Assembly (NCBI RefSeq): GCF_004010195.1
Contig: NC_057751.1
Coordinates: forward strand, 2,402,904 to 2,450,034
Source of the DNA: Chiloscyllium plagiosum
Taxonomy: Eukaryota
Reading direction: 5' to 3'
Length of the DNA: 47,131 nucleotides
The translations under genes and the position numbers were made by a program. This document shows positions 34,205 through 47,131 of this stretch, piece after piece. The notes below the pieces were generated by a model. It searched no databases. It saw only the letters and a list, made by a program, of their open reading frames with translations, and was not told the origin of the DNA. Within the stretch, counting starts at the first letter, position 1. The number at the start of each line of letters is the position of its first letter.

Positions 34205-36898
34205 AGAACATAGAATAATACAGCACAGAACAGGCCCTTTGGCCCTTGATGTTGTGGCGACCTGTAAACTAATCTAAACCAATCCCCCTACACTATCCTA
34301 TCATCATCCATATGCTTATCCAAGAACTGTTAAAATGCCTCTAATGTGGCTGAGTTAACTACATTGGCAGGCAGGGCATTCCACACTCTCTCTTTTACCA
34401 CTCTCTAAGTAAAGAACCTGCCTGTGACATCTGTCTTAAATCTATCACCCCTCAACTTGCAGCTATGCCTCCTCGTACAGGCCAATATCATCATCCTCGG
34501 AAAAAGACTCTAACTGTCCACCCTATCTAATCCTCTGATCATCTTGTATGTCTCTACTAAATCCCCTCTTAACCTTCTTCTCTCCAATGAGAACAGACTC
34601 AAGTCCCTCAGCCTTTCCCCATAAGACCTTCCCTCCAAACCAGGCAACATCCTAGTAAAGCTCTTCAGCAGCTTTTCCAATGCGTCCATATCATTCCTGT
34701 AATGGGATGACCAGAACTGTAAACAATATTCCATGTGTGGCCGCACCAGCAATTTGTACAGTTGCATCATGACATCACGGCTCCGGAACTCAATCCCTCT
34801 ATTAATAAAACATAACACATCGTATGCCTTCTTAACAGCACAATCAACTTGGTGGCAACTTTCAGGGATCTATATACGTGGACACCAAGATCCCTCTACA
34901 CACCCATGCTCCCAAGAATCTTTCCATTGACCCAATATTCTGCCTTCCTGTCATTCTTCCCAAAGTGAACCACCTCACATTTATCTGTATTGAACTCCAT
35001 TTACCTCTTCTGAGTCCAATTCTGCAGTATCATGCAACATTCTTCCACACTGTCCACTACTCCACTGACTTTAGTGTCATCTGCAAACTTACTAATCCAT
35101 CCACCTATACTTGCATATCAGTCATTTGTAAAAATGACGAACAGCAGTGGTCCCAAAACAGATTCTTGTGGCACACGACTAGTAACCATTCTCCGGGCTG
35201 AATATTTTCCATCAACCATCACTCACTGCCTTCTTACAGAAATCCATCTTCTAATCCAAACTGCGAAATCACCCTCCGCATTTTCTCCAAAAGCCTACCA
35301 TGTGAAACCTTATCAAAGGCTTTACTGAAGTCCATGTATACCATGTCAACTGCTCTACCCTCATCCACATGCTTGGTCACCTTCTCAAAAAACTCAGTGA
35401 GGTTTGTGAGACACGACCTGCCCTTGACGAAACCATGTTGACTATCTGAAATCAAATTGTTGCTTGCCAGATGATTATAAATGCTATCTCTTGTAGCCCT
35501 TTCCAAATCTTTTCCTACAACAGACGTAAGGCTCGCTGGTCTATAATTACCTGGATCAACTCTACTGCCCTTCTTAAACAAGGGCCCAACATTTGCAATC
35601 CTCCAGTCCTCTGGTACTAAACCTATAAACAATGGCGACTCAAAGATCAAAGCCAAAAGCTCCAACACTTCCTCCCTAGCTTCCCAGAGAATCCTCAGAT
35701 AAATTCCATTCAGCCCAGGGAACTTATCTACTCTCACACCTTCTAGAATTGATAACACCTCCTCCTTACCAACCCCAATCCTTTATAGTCTAATAGTCCA
35801 TATCTCAGCCTTCCCCTCTGTAATATTCTCCTCTTATTGAGTGAAACAGATGTAAAATATTCATTTAGCATCTCTCTGATCTCCACAGGGTCCACATACT
35901 ACTTTGCACTTCTGTCTTTGACTGGCCCTATTCCTACCCAAGTCATCCTTTTATTTCTCACATACCGATAGAAAGTTTTAGGGTTCTCCTTTATTTTATC
36001 TGCTAAAAACTGCTCAAGTCCTCTCCTTGCTCTTCTTAACTCTCTCTTTAAATCCTTCCTGGCTAATCTGTAACTCTTCATGCCTCATCTGACGCATCTC
36101 GTCTCAAACGTCACAAAAGCCTCCCTCTTCTGCTTAACAAGAGATATATACCTGTCAAGGACAAGCAATGTCTGTTCCTTAAACCAGCTCCACATTTCGA
36201 TTGTTCCCATCCCCTGCATTTTGCTACCTCATTCTCTGCCTCCTAAATCTTGCCTAATTGCATTAGAATTGCTCTTCCCCCATCTATAACTCTTGCATTG
36301 TGGCATGTACCTATCCCTTTCCATCACTAAACTAAACGCAACTGAATTATGGTCACTTTCTCCAAAGTGCTCACCTACCACTAAATCAGACACCTAGCCT
36401 GGTTCGTTACCAAGCATCAGATCCAGTGTGGCTTCCCCTCTTGTCAGCCCTTCAACATACTGTGTCAGGAAACCTTCCTGCACACGTTGGACAAAAACTG
36501 ATCCATCTGACGTACTAGAGTTGTAGCATTTCCAATCAATGTTGGGGAAGTTAAAGTCCCCCATAAGTATCACCTTGTTCCTTTCACCCTTACCCAGAAT
36601 CATTTTGCCAATCCTCTCCTCCACATTCCTGGAACATTGTGGAGGCCTTTAAAAAACTCCCAGCAGTGTGACCTCTCCTCTCCTGCTTCTAACCTCAGCC
36701 TCTACCACCTCAGTATACGAGTCCTCGTCAAAAGTTGTTTCAGCCACCATTATACTGTCATTGACTAACAAAGTCATACCTCCCCCTCTTTTACCACATT
36801 TCCTTATCTTAATGAAAGATCTAAACCTTGGAAACTGCAACATCCATTCCTGACCCATCTCTATCCATGTCTCTGAATTGGCCACAACATCAAAGTCC
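34205..36898 (-). mobile_element. CR1 LINE with most of ORF2 (endonuclease + RT) and 3' UTR, disrupted
   Basis: SETW…GGGMTLLV, ILMGDFNFPNIDW, PGNYRPASLTSVVGK, QHGFVKGRSCLTNLTEFF, YMDFSKAFDKV and LFSLERRRLRGDL. Confidence 0.95.
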
Positions 36899-37074
36899 TA
36901 TTAAAAAGAAAGCTGTTTCATTCAGAGACCTCATTCATCTTTTGCAAGTAAGCCAGTTCAAATGACAAAAACATAACTTAAAGAATCCCAGAAGAGCCAG
37001 TTGCTTGTATTAATGGAGGTCAGTTTGGCATTAATCTGAAAAATGAATGACAGTCCAAAGCTTTTAAAACTTAC

Positions 37075-37132
37075 CTGATTGTGACTTTGTCCCCAAAGTA
37101 ATCAAGTTAATTTTTAATTCCTCCTCAAAACC
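37075..37132 (-). other. Candidate 58-nt exon (unverified)
   Basis: Acceptor TATCTGCTTACAG and consensus donor CAG|GTAAGT; the single open frame reads GFEEELKINLITLGTKSQS; lies in unique sequence; no recognised homology. Confidence 0.35.
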
Positions 37133-38074
37133 CTGTAAGCAGATACAATTCATGGACACTTGCAAGGGTAATTAATTCACCCTGGGGACTTGGTTTGTTT
37201 TGTGACGGGACCAGCATCAAATGTGATTTTTTTTCAAACTGGAAGTTTTGATTTATGCCAGATGTAATTCCTTGACATTTTTTCACCAGTGTGGCTGATT
37301 TTGGACTTGTTATGTCCTGATATTGTCGTAATTGTAAAATTGTTCTGTTGCAGTGCAGAGATTCTTAATTCTAAATGCTGGACTCTGAAAAATATCAGGA
37401 AGCATATCAATCAGTTCCAAGAAGAGGACATGAAGTTTGCAATGCTGTTAATTTGTCAGTTTATTTTCATTCTGCATTCTGTCTCTCCCCTGGCCTCAAC
37501 TTTCCTCCCAAAAAAGCTCATGTCAGCAATTCACAAGTGAGCTCATGCAATTATTTGCAGTACAGAAGGCATTATGAATGATTTCCAAATTTATTACCGC
37601 TCATTTTTATTTTCTAATGGTCATGGTTAGAAAATGCCCCTTTCACCCACCCAAAATTAAACTTTTGAAGAATTTAATTGTTCACTCACTTCCTGTTTGG
37701 TGCTTGCCCATCAAATTGAACACTGCAGGCAGCTTTTCACAAGATTTGTTCTTGGGAAAAGAGCATTGTTATTTCGGCCAGCAGCTATTGTGCATTCCTA
37801 ATTGCCCTTGAGAAGATATTGAGCTGCCTTCTTTAACCACTGCAGCCCACCTGGTGTTGGTTCACCTTACGTTATATTAACTTAGTGACCCAAATTGAAC
37901 AAAAGAATACTGGAACAAAACAGAAGCCTCATAACATATGCAAGAAGCGTTCACCATGTACAACATTTGAGAAATCCCAATAAAAAGTAAATTGAGAGAA
38001 AGAAACACTGGCCTGAGGTTTTGGTCCACTCTGGAGATATCTTTGCAGATGCATGATCAAAGTGCTGGATGCTA

Positions 38075-39150
38075 ACAATTTGACCTATATCTTGGTGTGA
38101 AGGCAATAGTTTCAGTGTTTTTGAACAAAACTTGGGAGAATTGTAAATTGCGAGAATAGTGGAGAAATTCAAAAGGACTTTGACATGGGTGACGAGGTCA
38201 CAATTAAGTTCAGTGTGGAGAAGTATTAGAGAATAAACTTTGTTACAAAGGACATGGAAAGAGAGTAAAAGAAAATGTTATCATTCTGAAGGGTTGTGGG
38301 AGCAAAAAGACTCAGATGTTTGATACATAAGGCTTTAAAGGTGACAGATTAAGTAGAGAGCTGTGAATAAAACATTCATTTTTTCAGCTTCGTAAATAAG
38401 GTAGGGGGATTTGTGATGAACTTACAAAAGACACTGGTTAGACGTCAGCTGGAGTAGTGTACATCACTCTTGAAAAAGGATGTGAATACACTGGGGAGAG
38501 TGCAGAAGGGGTTTACAGGAATAGTTCCAAGGATTTGAAACTTGAGTTATGAAGAAAGATTGAAGAAGATTCAACTGTTTTCTTTGGAGAGGAGAAAGCT
38601 TTCAGAAGATTCGACAAACATTTTCAAAATTGTGGATTGAGAGAAACTGTGCCCATTCATAAACTGTTTGAAAATGAGGGCACAGTTTAATTTATAGGCA
38701 TTTTTCACACAGCAGGTAGTTATGATTAGTACTGTTGCCATTCCTTTGCATCAAAAACTAACTATCCAGCCAGCTGAGCAAACTGACAGCCATGACATTA
38801 CCTTGAAGGACTCTCCTCCTCAACCTCTTCCCTCGTTTGAAGCGTGGTGACCATCAGGTGAAATTTACTACCATTCATCTCTGTCTCTCTCTCTCTCTCT
38901 CTCATTCGCAGCTGATGATCTGCTAGGATTATGGCAACTTTATCTTTGTTTAGAGTTTGACATGCACTGCCTGGAAGGGTGGTAGGGGCTGGTTCAATTG
39001 AGGCATTCAAGTGGGTCTTGATGATTATTTAATTGGAAACTGTACACAGAATACCAGGAAAAGGCAGGAGATTTGCACCAAGTTTAACGCTCAGAGGGCC
39101 AGTGTAAATACAATGGGCCATATGGCCTCCTTCTGCACATCAACAATTTT
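38075..39150 (+). mobile_element. Old CR1 3' fragment with internal insertions
   Basis: TTACAAAAGACACTGGTTAGACGTCAGCTGGAGTA (LYKTLVRPQLEY-like), GAGAGAGTGCAGAAGGGGTTTAC, TTTTCTTTGGAGAGGAGAA. Confidence 0.7.
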
Positions 39151-39309
39151 GTCATTCAGAGGCAAGACTCTGGCAACTAAGTCATCACTGAATTGGGTGT
39201 CTGATCATCAGCTTACTGTAATTTATTCTCCTGACTCCACAATTTGTGACATTAAATTACTTGTCTTTCACACTTTCCGTATGTCGATTTTTAGAATTTT
39301 GGAACATTT

Positions 39310-39633
39310 TTAGAAACCCTATGGTGTGGATACAGGCCATTCGGCCCAACAAGTACATACCAAACCTCTGAAGAGTAACGCACCCAGACCGATTTCCCTA
39401 CCCTGTTATTCCTATTTTTATCCCAAACGATTGCACCTAACCTATACATCCCTGAACACAATGGGAAATTTAGCATGGCCAATTCACCTAACCTGCAGAT
39501 GTTTGGATTGTGGGAGGAAACCAGAGGAAACCCACGCAAACACGGAGAGAATATACAAACTCCACACAGACAGTGGCCTGGAATTGAACCCTGGGTCCCT
39601 GGCACTGTGAGGCAGCAGTGCTACCACTGAGCC
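39310..39633 (-). mobile_element. tRNA-derived V-SINE (HE1-like)
   Basis: Reverse complement of the 14368-14682 family (GGCTCAGTGGTAGCACTGCTGCCTCACAG…GGGTTCAATTCC…V-domain). Confidence 0.88.
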
Positions 39634-39683
39634 AGTTGGGAAAATTTCTTTCTAATTTCCAATCCAGCAAGCTTCGTGTTTGA

Positions 39684-39930
39684 TATTATGAACTCCATGA
39701 AATAACTGCATGGAGGCCAGTATTCTGTCACCAAGTCACCTTTCATTCACTTGCACTCCATACTTGGTCTCTGACCAGCCAGCACAGAGGCAGTCCTGAA
39801 AATGAGGAGACTCTCTGAATCTTCTGTTTTTATTTGTCAGCCAGGACTCCCTAATTGTCCCAGGTTAACAATCCCAATCAAGGATTTCAAAGTCAATGAG
39901 ATCCATTTGGCCATGGTTTCAATCACTATA
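39684..39930 (-). mobile_element. Possible short LTR remnant
   Basis: Decayed TG…CA-like termini (TATTATGA…TCACTATA); no convincing TSD. Confidence 0.35.
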
Positions 39931-40711
39931 TCCCATCAATCTGCAACTGACTTCTATTACTTGAGATGGCTTTTAATCAAAAAAATGTTTGGAGTTGTGA
40001 TTCCATACTGTGTTCACATTCTAGCTGAACATTCTTGGATTCGCTGCAGAAAGGAATGATTTTCTGGCTTTTAATATATGTTCTTGTATCTTCCACTTCT
40101 GACATTCCCGGTGCTCTTTTCCTAACCAAATCAGATAATACCTTACCTATGCTGAAAGCAGTGTGTACATGTTACATGATGGCATGGAGTAATAAATTAC
40201 AGAGGATTCACCACAAGCAGTGGGTAGATCTGCTTGACTGCTTCGTGATTTTATCAAGAGCACCCATCCACTGCCTACTGTCTTTCATTTTGACTGTGAA
40301 AGTGCAATTGTTTCACAAATCAGAGTGAGAATTTACTTAGCGAAAGAGAGAACAACGTCCAGGATCTGGATTATTAACATTCCTTTAAAATGCTTTTTGT
40401 TTTGATTCTAATCAAACGGTCTGTTGCAATTTGCACCAATTGAAAAAGTTCTGATTCCAGTGATCATGAGACTTTTATGGAAAACTGATTTGGTTCACAT
40501 TCATTTAAAGATGCATTTCTATTCCATAAACATTTTCTCCAACTGTACACATCTCAAAAACTCTCACTTGTTTCAAGAAGGCTTATTGGTATTGTTGTCA
40601 AGTTAACTCCTTGTCACTGAACTTACCCACTGTGGCTCTTGTGTGCAATATTGCTGTTAACAATGTTACCAGTTTTAGCAAAATGTTTAATAACTTACAT
40701 CTTGAGGATAG

Positions 40712-41350
40712 AAGCATAGAATGTTGACAGCACAACAGGAGTCAATTTATCCAATCATGCCAACTCACTGCAAGAGCAACTTTGCGAATCCCACTCACCT
40801 GTCTTTGCCCTGTAGCCCAACAGATGCTTTCGCTTCAGATAATTATGCAATTCCCCTTGGAAAGCCGCCATTGAATTCATCTCCCCCAAATTCCCAAGCA
40901 GGTATTCTAAATTTTAATCACTCAATTCATAAAAGGTTTTTCCTTAAAATGTAGTTACTTCTTTTGTTAATCACCGAAAGTCACAGCCCTTTGACTATCA
41001 TTCTTTCCACCGGAGGCACTTTCCTCCAATGTACTGTCTCCGGAGCCTTTATGATTTTGAAAACATTTGTCAAATTTCCTCTTAACCTTCTCTAAGGAAA
41101 GTATGAGAACTGAAAACCTGGAACCATTCCTGTACATTTTTTGCACCCTTTCTATCGCCTTCACACCATTCCTAAACTGCGATTCCCAGAAATTGGCAAA
41201 ATACGAAAATTCATGGCGAACAACGTTTCATGAAGATTCGTTATAGTTTACTTGCTTTTGTTCTTTGTGCCTGTATGTACAATTCCCAGGAGCTTGAAAG
41301 ATTTATCAGCCACTTTTTCCAGCAACTGATTGATTTGTGCACATAAACCC
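40712..41350 (-). mobile_element. Old CR1 3' fragment
   Basis: KAIERVQK…SLEKVK remnants and a reversed 3' UTR (CATAGAA…ACAGCACAACAGGAG). Confidence 0.65.
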
Positions 41351-41361
41351 TCAAATCCTGA

Positions 41362-42802
41362 GGCATTGTTGAGGGATTGGTGATGATCTTTCAGGAATCA
41401 CTGGAGTCAAGGAGGGTCCAGAGGACTGGAATGTGGCCAGTGTAATACCCCTGTTTAAGAGGGAGGGAGGAAGAAGACAGGAAACTGCAGCCCAGTTAGC
41501 CTGGCCTTCGTCGTTGGTAAGATTTTAAAGTCCATTATTAAGGATGAGATGAGAGTACAGTACTTGGAACTGCTTTGTAAAATAAAGCTGAGTCAGCATG
41601 GCTTCATCAAGGCTGGACGTCCCTGACAAATTTGTTAGAATTCTTTGAGGAGGTAATGAGCAAGTTAGACAAAGTACAGCCAGTAGATGTTACCTGTTCA
41701 GATTTCCAGAAGGCCTTTGACAAGATGCCACATGGGAGGTTATTAAATAAGATAAAGAGCCTTTAGTGTTAGGAGAAAGGTACTGGCATGGATAGAGGAT
41801 TGGCTGACCAGCTGAAGCCTTTTTTAGGATGGCAACTGGTGACTAGTTGAGTTCGGCAGGGGCCAGCAGAAGTACAATTATTCACAATTGTATCCACAAT
41901 CTGGATGAAAGAATTGAGGACATTGTTGCTAAGTCTGCAGATGACTCAAAGATAGGTGGAGGGACTGATTGTGATGAGGAAACGGGGAGGCTGCTGAAGG
42001 ACTTGGACCAGCCAGGAGACTGGGCGAAGAAGGGGCAGATGGAATACAATGTGGCAAAACGTGAGGTTATATGTTTTGGTTGGAAGAATAAGGCATAGAA
42101 TATTTTCTAAATAGGGTAAAGCTTCGAACATCTAAAGTGCAAATGGCCTGAGAAGTCCCAGTTCAGGATTCTCTCAAGGTTAATATGTCGGTTCAGTTGG
42201 TGGTCAGGAAGGCAAATGCGATACCGTCATTCATTTCAAGAGAGCGAGAAATACTGCTGATGCAGTATAAGGCTCTGGCCAGATGATGTTTGGAATATTG
42301 TAAACAGTTTTGGGTCCTATATCCAAAAAAAGAGGTTTACAACAATGATTTTGGGTTTGGAGCACTTGCCATTTGAGGAGCAGGTGAGGACTCTGGATCT
42401 GTACTTGGAGTTTAGAAAGCTAAGGGGGCATCTGATTGAAACTTAAAAGATACTGAGAGACCTGCATAGAGTGGACGTGGAGAAGACATTTCCACTGGGC
42501 AGGGAGACGAGGACCCAGGGACATGGCCTCAGGGTGATGAGATAACTGTTTAGAACAGAGATGGGAGGAATTTCTTCAGCCAGAGAATGATGACTCTCTG
42601 GAACTCATTGCTTTCGAAGGCTTTGGAGGCCAAATAATTTAGTATATTTCAGACAGGAATACATAGGTTCTTGATTTGGAAGAGGAACAGGGTTTATGGG
42701 GAGAAGACAGGATAATGGAGTTGAGAAACATACCAGCCATGATCAAATGACAGAGCAGACTTGATGGGCTGAATGGCCTAATTGTCCACCTATATCTTAT
42801 GG
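41362..42802 (+). mobile_element. CR1 LINE, RT to 3' end, decayed
   Basis: GATTTCCAGAAGGCCTTTGACAAG (DFQKAFDK), VAKSADDSKIGG, WAKKGQMEYNV; 3' UTR GATGGGCTGAATGGCCTAATT. Confidence 0.9.
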
Positions 42803-45341
42803 CCTTAAGGTATAAGCCCCTCAACTCTGACACTCCTTTCCATTTACACCTTTTGTTTTATGTATGAATCCAAAAATTGGCTTTCCCCTTTCAGTATGGT
42901 TGCAAATTTCACTGAACAAATTATTTTTTATTGGCCTAAAGTGCAATTTAATTCAGCGAGCTAATACCATTAGAACAACCAGGCCAATAAATATGGATGA
43001 AACTATTTAAAGAGGTCCCAGCTATTGACAAATTGTCACATGGAAGAGATTCACATGACATCAGCTGTCATCGTGACCAGGAAACAAAACAACTTGGGCA
43101 TCAAATGACACAGAGAGGAAGAACATGATTGCATAATAACAAGAGAAACCTGCAATTTCTTTGCATGAAATCATTTTGATTAGCTGGGTTAAAAAAAATC
43201 ATTTCAGAATGAAGAGATCCATTTTATGGTCAGTGTTTTAGCACTGCCTTTATCAGCAAATTGATTCATCTCTGTCAGTTTTCAAGGTCTATGTCAATTC
43301 ACTAAATGTCCATCCAGCTTCCAGGGATTGTGAAGTCTGGTCATTTGAGAGTATTTATTTTCTGTCCTTTTGCTTGCACTCCTTTATCGTCATGCCAAGA
43401 ACTTAAAAGTCAAGAAATCAAAGCCTTAGACCAGGAGCCGTATCATGTAGCTACTTTCTAATCTACCTGTTCACAACTCTTGATCTGATGAGACTTGAAC
43501 CTGGGCCTTCAGACATATGCTGAGCCATCAGTGACATTTTCTAACCTGAGCCATGGAAGAAGGTGATGAGCATTTTTGGAGCTGGATTTAATTCAACAAA
43601 TTTTTTTGGCTTTGTTTGAACTATATTGCAATAACTGCATTAGTTCTTAGAAATCTGCAAACGTATGAGGGAAAGGAGAGGATGACAGTGGCAGAAAGAG
43701 GAAAAGCTTGCATTGACTTTGGATGTACTCTTCAGTGCATGGCAACTTTGTTCAGACTGGACCAAGCTTCCTCATCTTTTCTCACATTCTTTCCTTTAAT
43801 TCTTCCAGGTTACACTTGATTCAATCCCCTAAATTGAGGCAATAGGAGCAAAAGTAAAAGAAGCAGGAGTCAGCTATTCAGATCCTTGAGATTTCTCTGT
43901 GGATCAGTAAGGTACTTGCTTACCTTGAACCTCAATTTCACTTTTTGCACTCAGACATAATTCAAATCTTGGATGTGCTTGACAACTGCACATCCTCTGA
44001 GATGGAAAATTTCTCAGTGAATTCCTGTAGACTATATCACTCAGCTCTTGAATTTTCAGCTCATGGTTGCTTCTGAGCATGATGTAAATCCAGGGTTGAG
44101 AGGTCAAGTATCATACATCAGAGTGTTTCACCAGTGCTCAGTCTCAACTTGGTGTTATATCTGATAATTCTTCAAAATACAACTTGGTAACCCCTTTACA
44201 TTTGGACAAATGAGTCCGATTCTGTCAGTGAAGAGTAAACATGTGATAAGGATTTGATGTGCTGCTATAACTGAATCCATGTATACCATAACTGAAAAGC
44301 TGGCTAGCTTATTTGACTGGATGCAAAGGCAAGTGCATATTAGATTAATGTCATCAGTCTGCTTATTGATCCCTTTTCAGCTGAGGAAGATAATTCAGTT
44401 CTGGCATCTCCCCCCGACCTGCTTAAAAAAAAGTGCTATTTGTTGTGGTTCAGTCAATAATTATTTCCATTCATAAGCCTCATTACTGGGAATACTATTT
44501 CAGGTGGTCATGCCTGGTTTAGCTGAACGTATCCACGTAAATGTTGTTGGAATACTGATGTTAGTCTGATGCCAACACAACTAAAGCAGAAGCAGGAAGA
44601 CCTGCCTGAGTCAGTTTGATTTTCCAGTGAGTAGAGAGTCACGGGCTAAGAGAGACAGGGAGGAGACTAGAGACGAGGCTACAACTAAATCAGTGATTAG
44701 CTTATGGAATGGTGGAACAGGCTTGAAAGACCAAAAGGCCTCCTCCTGATTTGTATCTTCTTGTGTACGGGCAAAGAACTCAAGGAGGTACAGATTGAAC
44801 TGAATGAAAACAATCATGCATAATAATGGGAATAAGCCATATCAGGAGACTTTCACAATCCTGGGACTTGGAGCTTTGCTTTCCTCAGAGTCGTTTATGT
44901 GGCAGAGTCAATCTGTAATGTAATAACTAATCGGTTCAAACTCAATTATCCATTTTCATGCAAGTCTCCCCCTTCCAATTAATATAAGGGAACTGGCTGA
45001 TAATCATCAGGCCCTTTGCTGTCAAGTAGTTGGATGCATCAATTCCACAACCAGGGCAATAATGATTTGAAGAGTTGAAATTACATAAATTGAATGCAAT
45101 TTGATCCTGGAGGCATAATTATGGTCAATGTTCGATCAGAATGAGGTGAATGAATATCTGATGACATTGCTTGAAGAGTAATGTTTCCAGGAGAGAGGAA
45201 GGTCTCACCGTTACCAAATTTTCAATAGATATGCAGTCAATTCAAAACCTGCTAAACTGCTGAGAGGCAGAACTGCTCACTTCTGCTCCTGTTTTGAATA
45301 TTCATATTTTGAAATAAATACTTGAGAATTCCCCTGCTACT

Positions 45342-45670
45342 TTTAAATTTGTCCAGTTTTCAAATCCTTGCATGTAACCTCCTCTGATTCTGTGAAATGT
45401 CTGTGCTCTTCTGACTCTGACCTCTTGCAAATCCTTCCCCTGATTTTAATTGCTGTACCTTTGGTGACCTTGCTATCAGTGGCTGAGCCCTGAGCTCGGA
45501 AATGCCCAGCTGAAATCTTTTTTAAATCTCTGAACATCATGTAAAACCTAACCCTTGGACAAAATTTTGATCACCTGTCCGAGTATCTCCTTGTTTGAAT
45601 CAGTGTTAAAGTTTGGTTCATATCATTCTATTAAACGCTTTGCGACATTAAAGGCTAAGTTACTGTTGTG
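45342..45670 (+). mobile_element. L2 LINE 3' end remnant
   Basis: TTTTCAAATCC…TGTGCTCTTCTGACTCTGACCTCTTG…GAGCTCGGAAATGCCC…TAAAACCTAACCC…TTTTGATCACCTGTCC resembles the L2 ORF2 end and 3' UTR. Confidence 0.65.
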
Positions 45671-46084
45671 TCAATTTCCAAAATTACATCTGTCAAATAA
45701 ACAACATCCACTCCCAACCCAGCTACCATCACTATTAGATGGCATTTACTGAGACCATGCAAAACAGACTGAGGACTGATGCAATGACCCTTGAGGCAAC
45801 AACAACACGTGAACAGCCCTGGTGCTACTCCTTGCAGCTATTTCTGCCGGGAGATCTACTGTCATGCTCAGTCACATTTGTCTGTCTTTTGCCAACCTCA
45901 CACATCTGCTGTAGCTTGCACATCATTGAATGATGTCTCGATTATCCTCTCTTTCTGCTTCCCTTTCTCTCTAGAAGAGATTGCTGCAGCATTTCAGCTC
46001 TGATCAAATAGGTGAACTTCTGACATTTTCTTTTCTTTGTGTCACCTTATGGATTTTTTTTGGCGTTTGCAATTTCAGTGACCT

Positions 46085-46365
46085 CTTCATTTGCTTGATT
46101 ATCTGTTTATGGAATTTTGGGCAAACATATTAACACTTTCTGAGATCTGGATTTTCTTCCACCGATCTTGATTTATTGTCCAGGTTTCTGAAGCATACTG
46201 GGAAATGGGGGCGAGAAGTTCAATCTCATAGAAAGGCTTCTTTGTTACTTGCTTGAGTCTGCTTGTCATGAACACATGCTTCACTTTCATGAAATTGCTT
46301 CTGGCTCCATCTTCTGACTGTGGCATGGCATCTGCCACCTTCTCTTAATATTTGTCCTGAATAGA
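46085..46365 (-). mobile_element. RTE-clade LINE fragment
   Basis: IKRRVA…ARSNF…KPFYEIELLAPISQYASETWT resembles the RTE post-RT LLYxxETW motif. Confidence 0.6.
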
Positions 46366-46369
46366 CAAA

Positions 46370-47131
46370 TTTTTTTTAATAATATATTTTTATTAAGAAA
46401 AAATAGATTTTTAAATATTACAACAAATACAAAACAATGCAATTCAAAACAGTACAAAAATTGTACAAAACTAAACTCAAATAATAAAAAAAAATCCCCA
46501 ACCCACCCTCCAATACGAATGTATAAACATATATAGAGAAGTATAAAATTAAAAAAAATCTAAACTAGCTATTTAACTAACTAAATAAATACCTAACAAC
46601 AAACAAATAAAGAGTAATAACTCAGCCCAGCCAAACAAAACACTCATACATTCACAGTTCCTCCTCCCTGGATATTGGACTCATGAAACACAATCGTTAC
46701 GGCTATATAAAAGCCCTTGTTAGTGTGGCAGATAAATCTGTGTCCAGGTATTTCAAAAAGGGTTGCCATGTCTTGTAAGAATTCTCAGTTTTGTGGTGTA
46801 CTATATTTGTGAGAAAATCCAGGGGAATATGCTCCATAACAATCTTCTGCCAACCCGTCAGGCCTGGGGGATTTTCTGATATCCAACCTAGCAAGATATT
46901 CTTCCTTGCACAGAATGTAAGAATATTGAAAGGTTTTGCCGAATGCGAGTCTGCAGGAAATACAATGGGTAGGCCCAAAAGGAGCGAAATAGGATCCTTC
47001 TCCACCCCTACACCTAAAATCCTCTCCATTGCACCCACCACAGTGCTCCAATATGTTTGAAGCCTGTCACAAGACCAAAGACAATGGGTAAGAGTGCCCG
47101 TACAGAACTTGCACTTGGGGCATGCTGAAAA
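46370..47131 (-). mobile_element. L1-clade LINE 3' end (continues beyond the window)
   Basis: Poly(A) (T run 46370-46377), AATAAA at 46394-46389, T-rich 3' UTR, ORF2 C-terminus. Confidence 0.9.
46703..47129 (-). CDS. L1 ORF2 C-terminal region with CCHC zinc knuckle (partial, open to the window edge)
   Basis: SACPKCKFCTGTLTHCLWSCDRLQTYW (C-X2-C-X8-H-X4-C)…ARKNILLGW…KTWQPFLKYL; no stops over 427 nt. Confidence 0.85.
   Translation of the reverse strand, partial: SACPKCKFCTGTLTHCLWSCDRLQTYWSTVVGAMERILGVGVEKDPISLLLGLPIVFPADSHSAKPFNILTFCARKNILLGWISENPPGLTGWQKIVMEHIPLDFLTNIVHHKTENSYKTWQPFLKYLDTDLSATLTRAFI

Noticed and set aside
40627..40653. 27-nt minus-strand micro-exon-like segment (AACAG…GG|GTAAGT)
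   Set aside because: Poor pyrimidine tract; resembles a decayed Deu-SINE fragment
43924..44024. Minus-strand segment ending at donor AAG|GTAAGC
   Set aside because: The acceptor lacks a pyrimidine tract and the peptide is unrecognised
1..47131. CRISPR array, prokaryotic operon or endogenous non-retroviral virus
   Set aside because: I saw no regularly spaced repeats, no gene-dense or compositionally foreign segment, and no viral protein motifs

Overview
Vertebrate genomic DNA. The repeat content (HER1/CR1-type LINEs, HE1-like V-SINEs, a Deu-domain SINE) points to a cartilaginous fish, most likely a shark; this is an inference. I recognise no host protein-coding gene. Most of the window is nested, decayed retroelements: many CR1 LINEs, a ~4 kb split Rex1/Babar LINE, L1, L2 and RTE fragments, Gypsy-type solo LTRs with 4-bp TSDs, an old Gypsy gag/pol remnant, and Penelope-like elements (PLEs) from at least three families. 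The recognisable ORFs in the supplied track are transposon fragments or their antisense shadows, and the rest have no homology I recognise. The most notable signal is RNA-level. About nine minimal type-I hammerhead ribozyme motifs (CUGANGA-helix II-GAAA-palindromic helix III-NUH) sit in PLE pseudo-LTRs. They include a ~95-175 bp non-coding hammerhead-headed element inserted three times with 10-17 bp TSDs and shared boundaries, plus several inverted pLTR hairpins. Hammerheads in PLEs are established biology; the discrete short mobile unit and the CpG-driven decay of the catalytic core deserve follow-up. A few isolated splice-site-flanked segments could be exons of an unrecognised or non-coding transcript (low confidence). 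Family assignments rest on motif recognition only, with no database search. Boundaries without TSDs are approximate.
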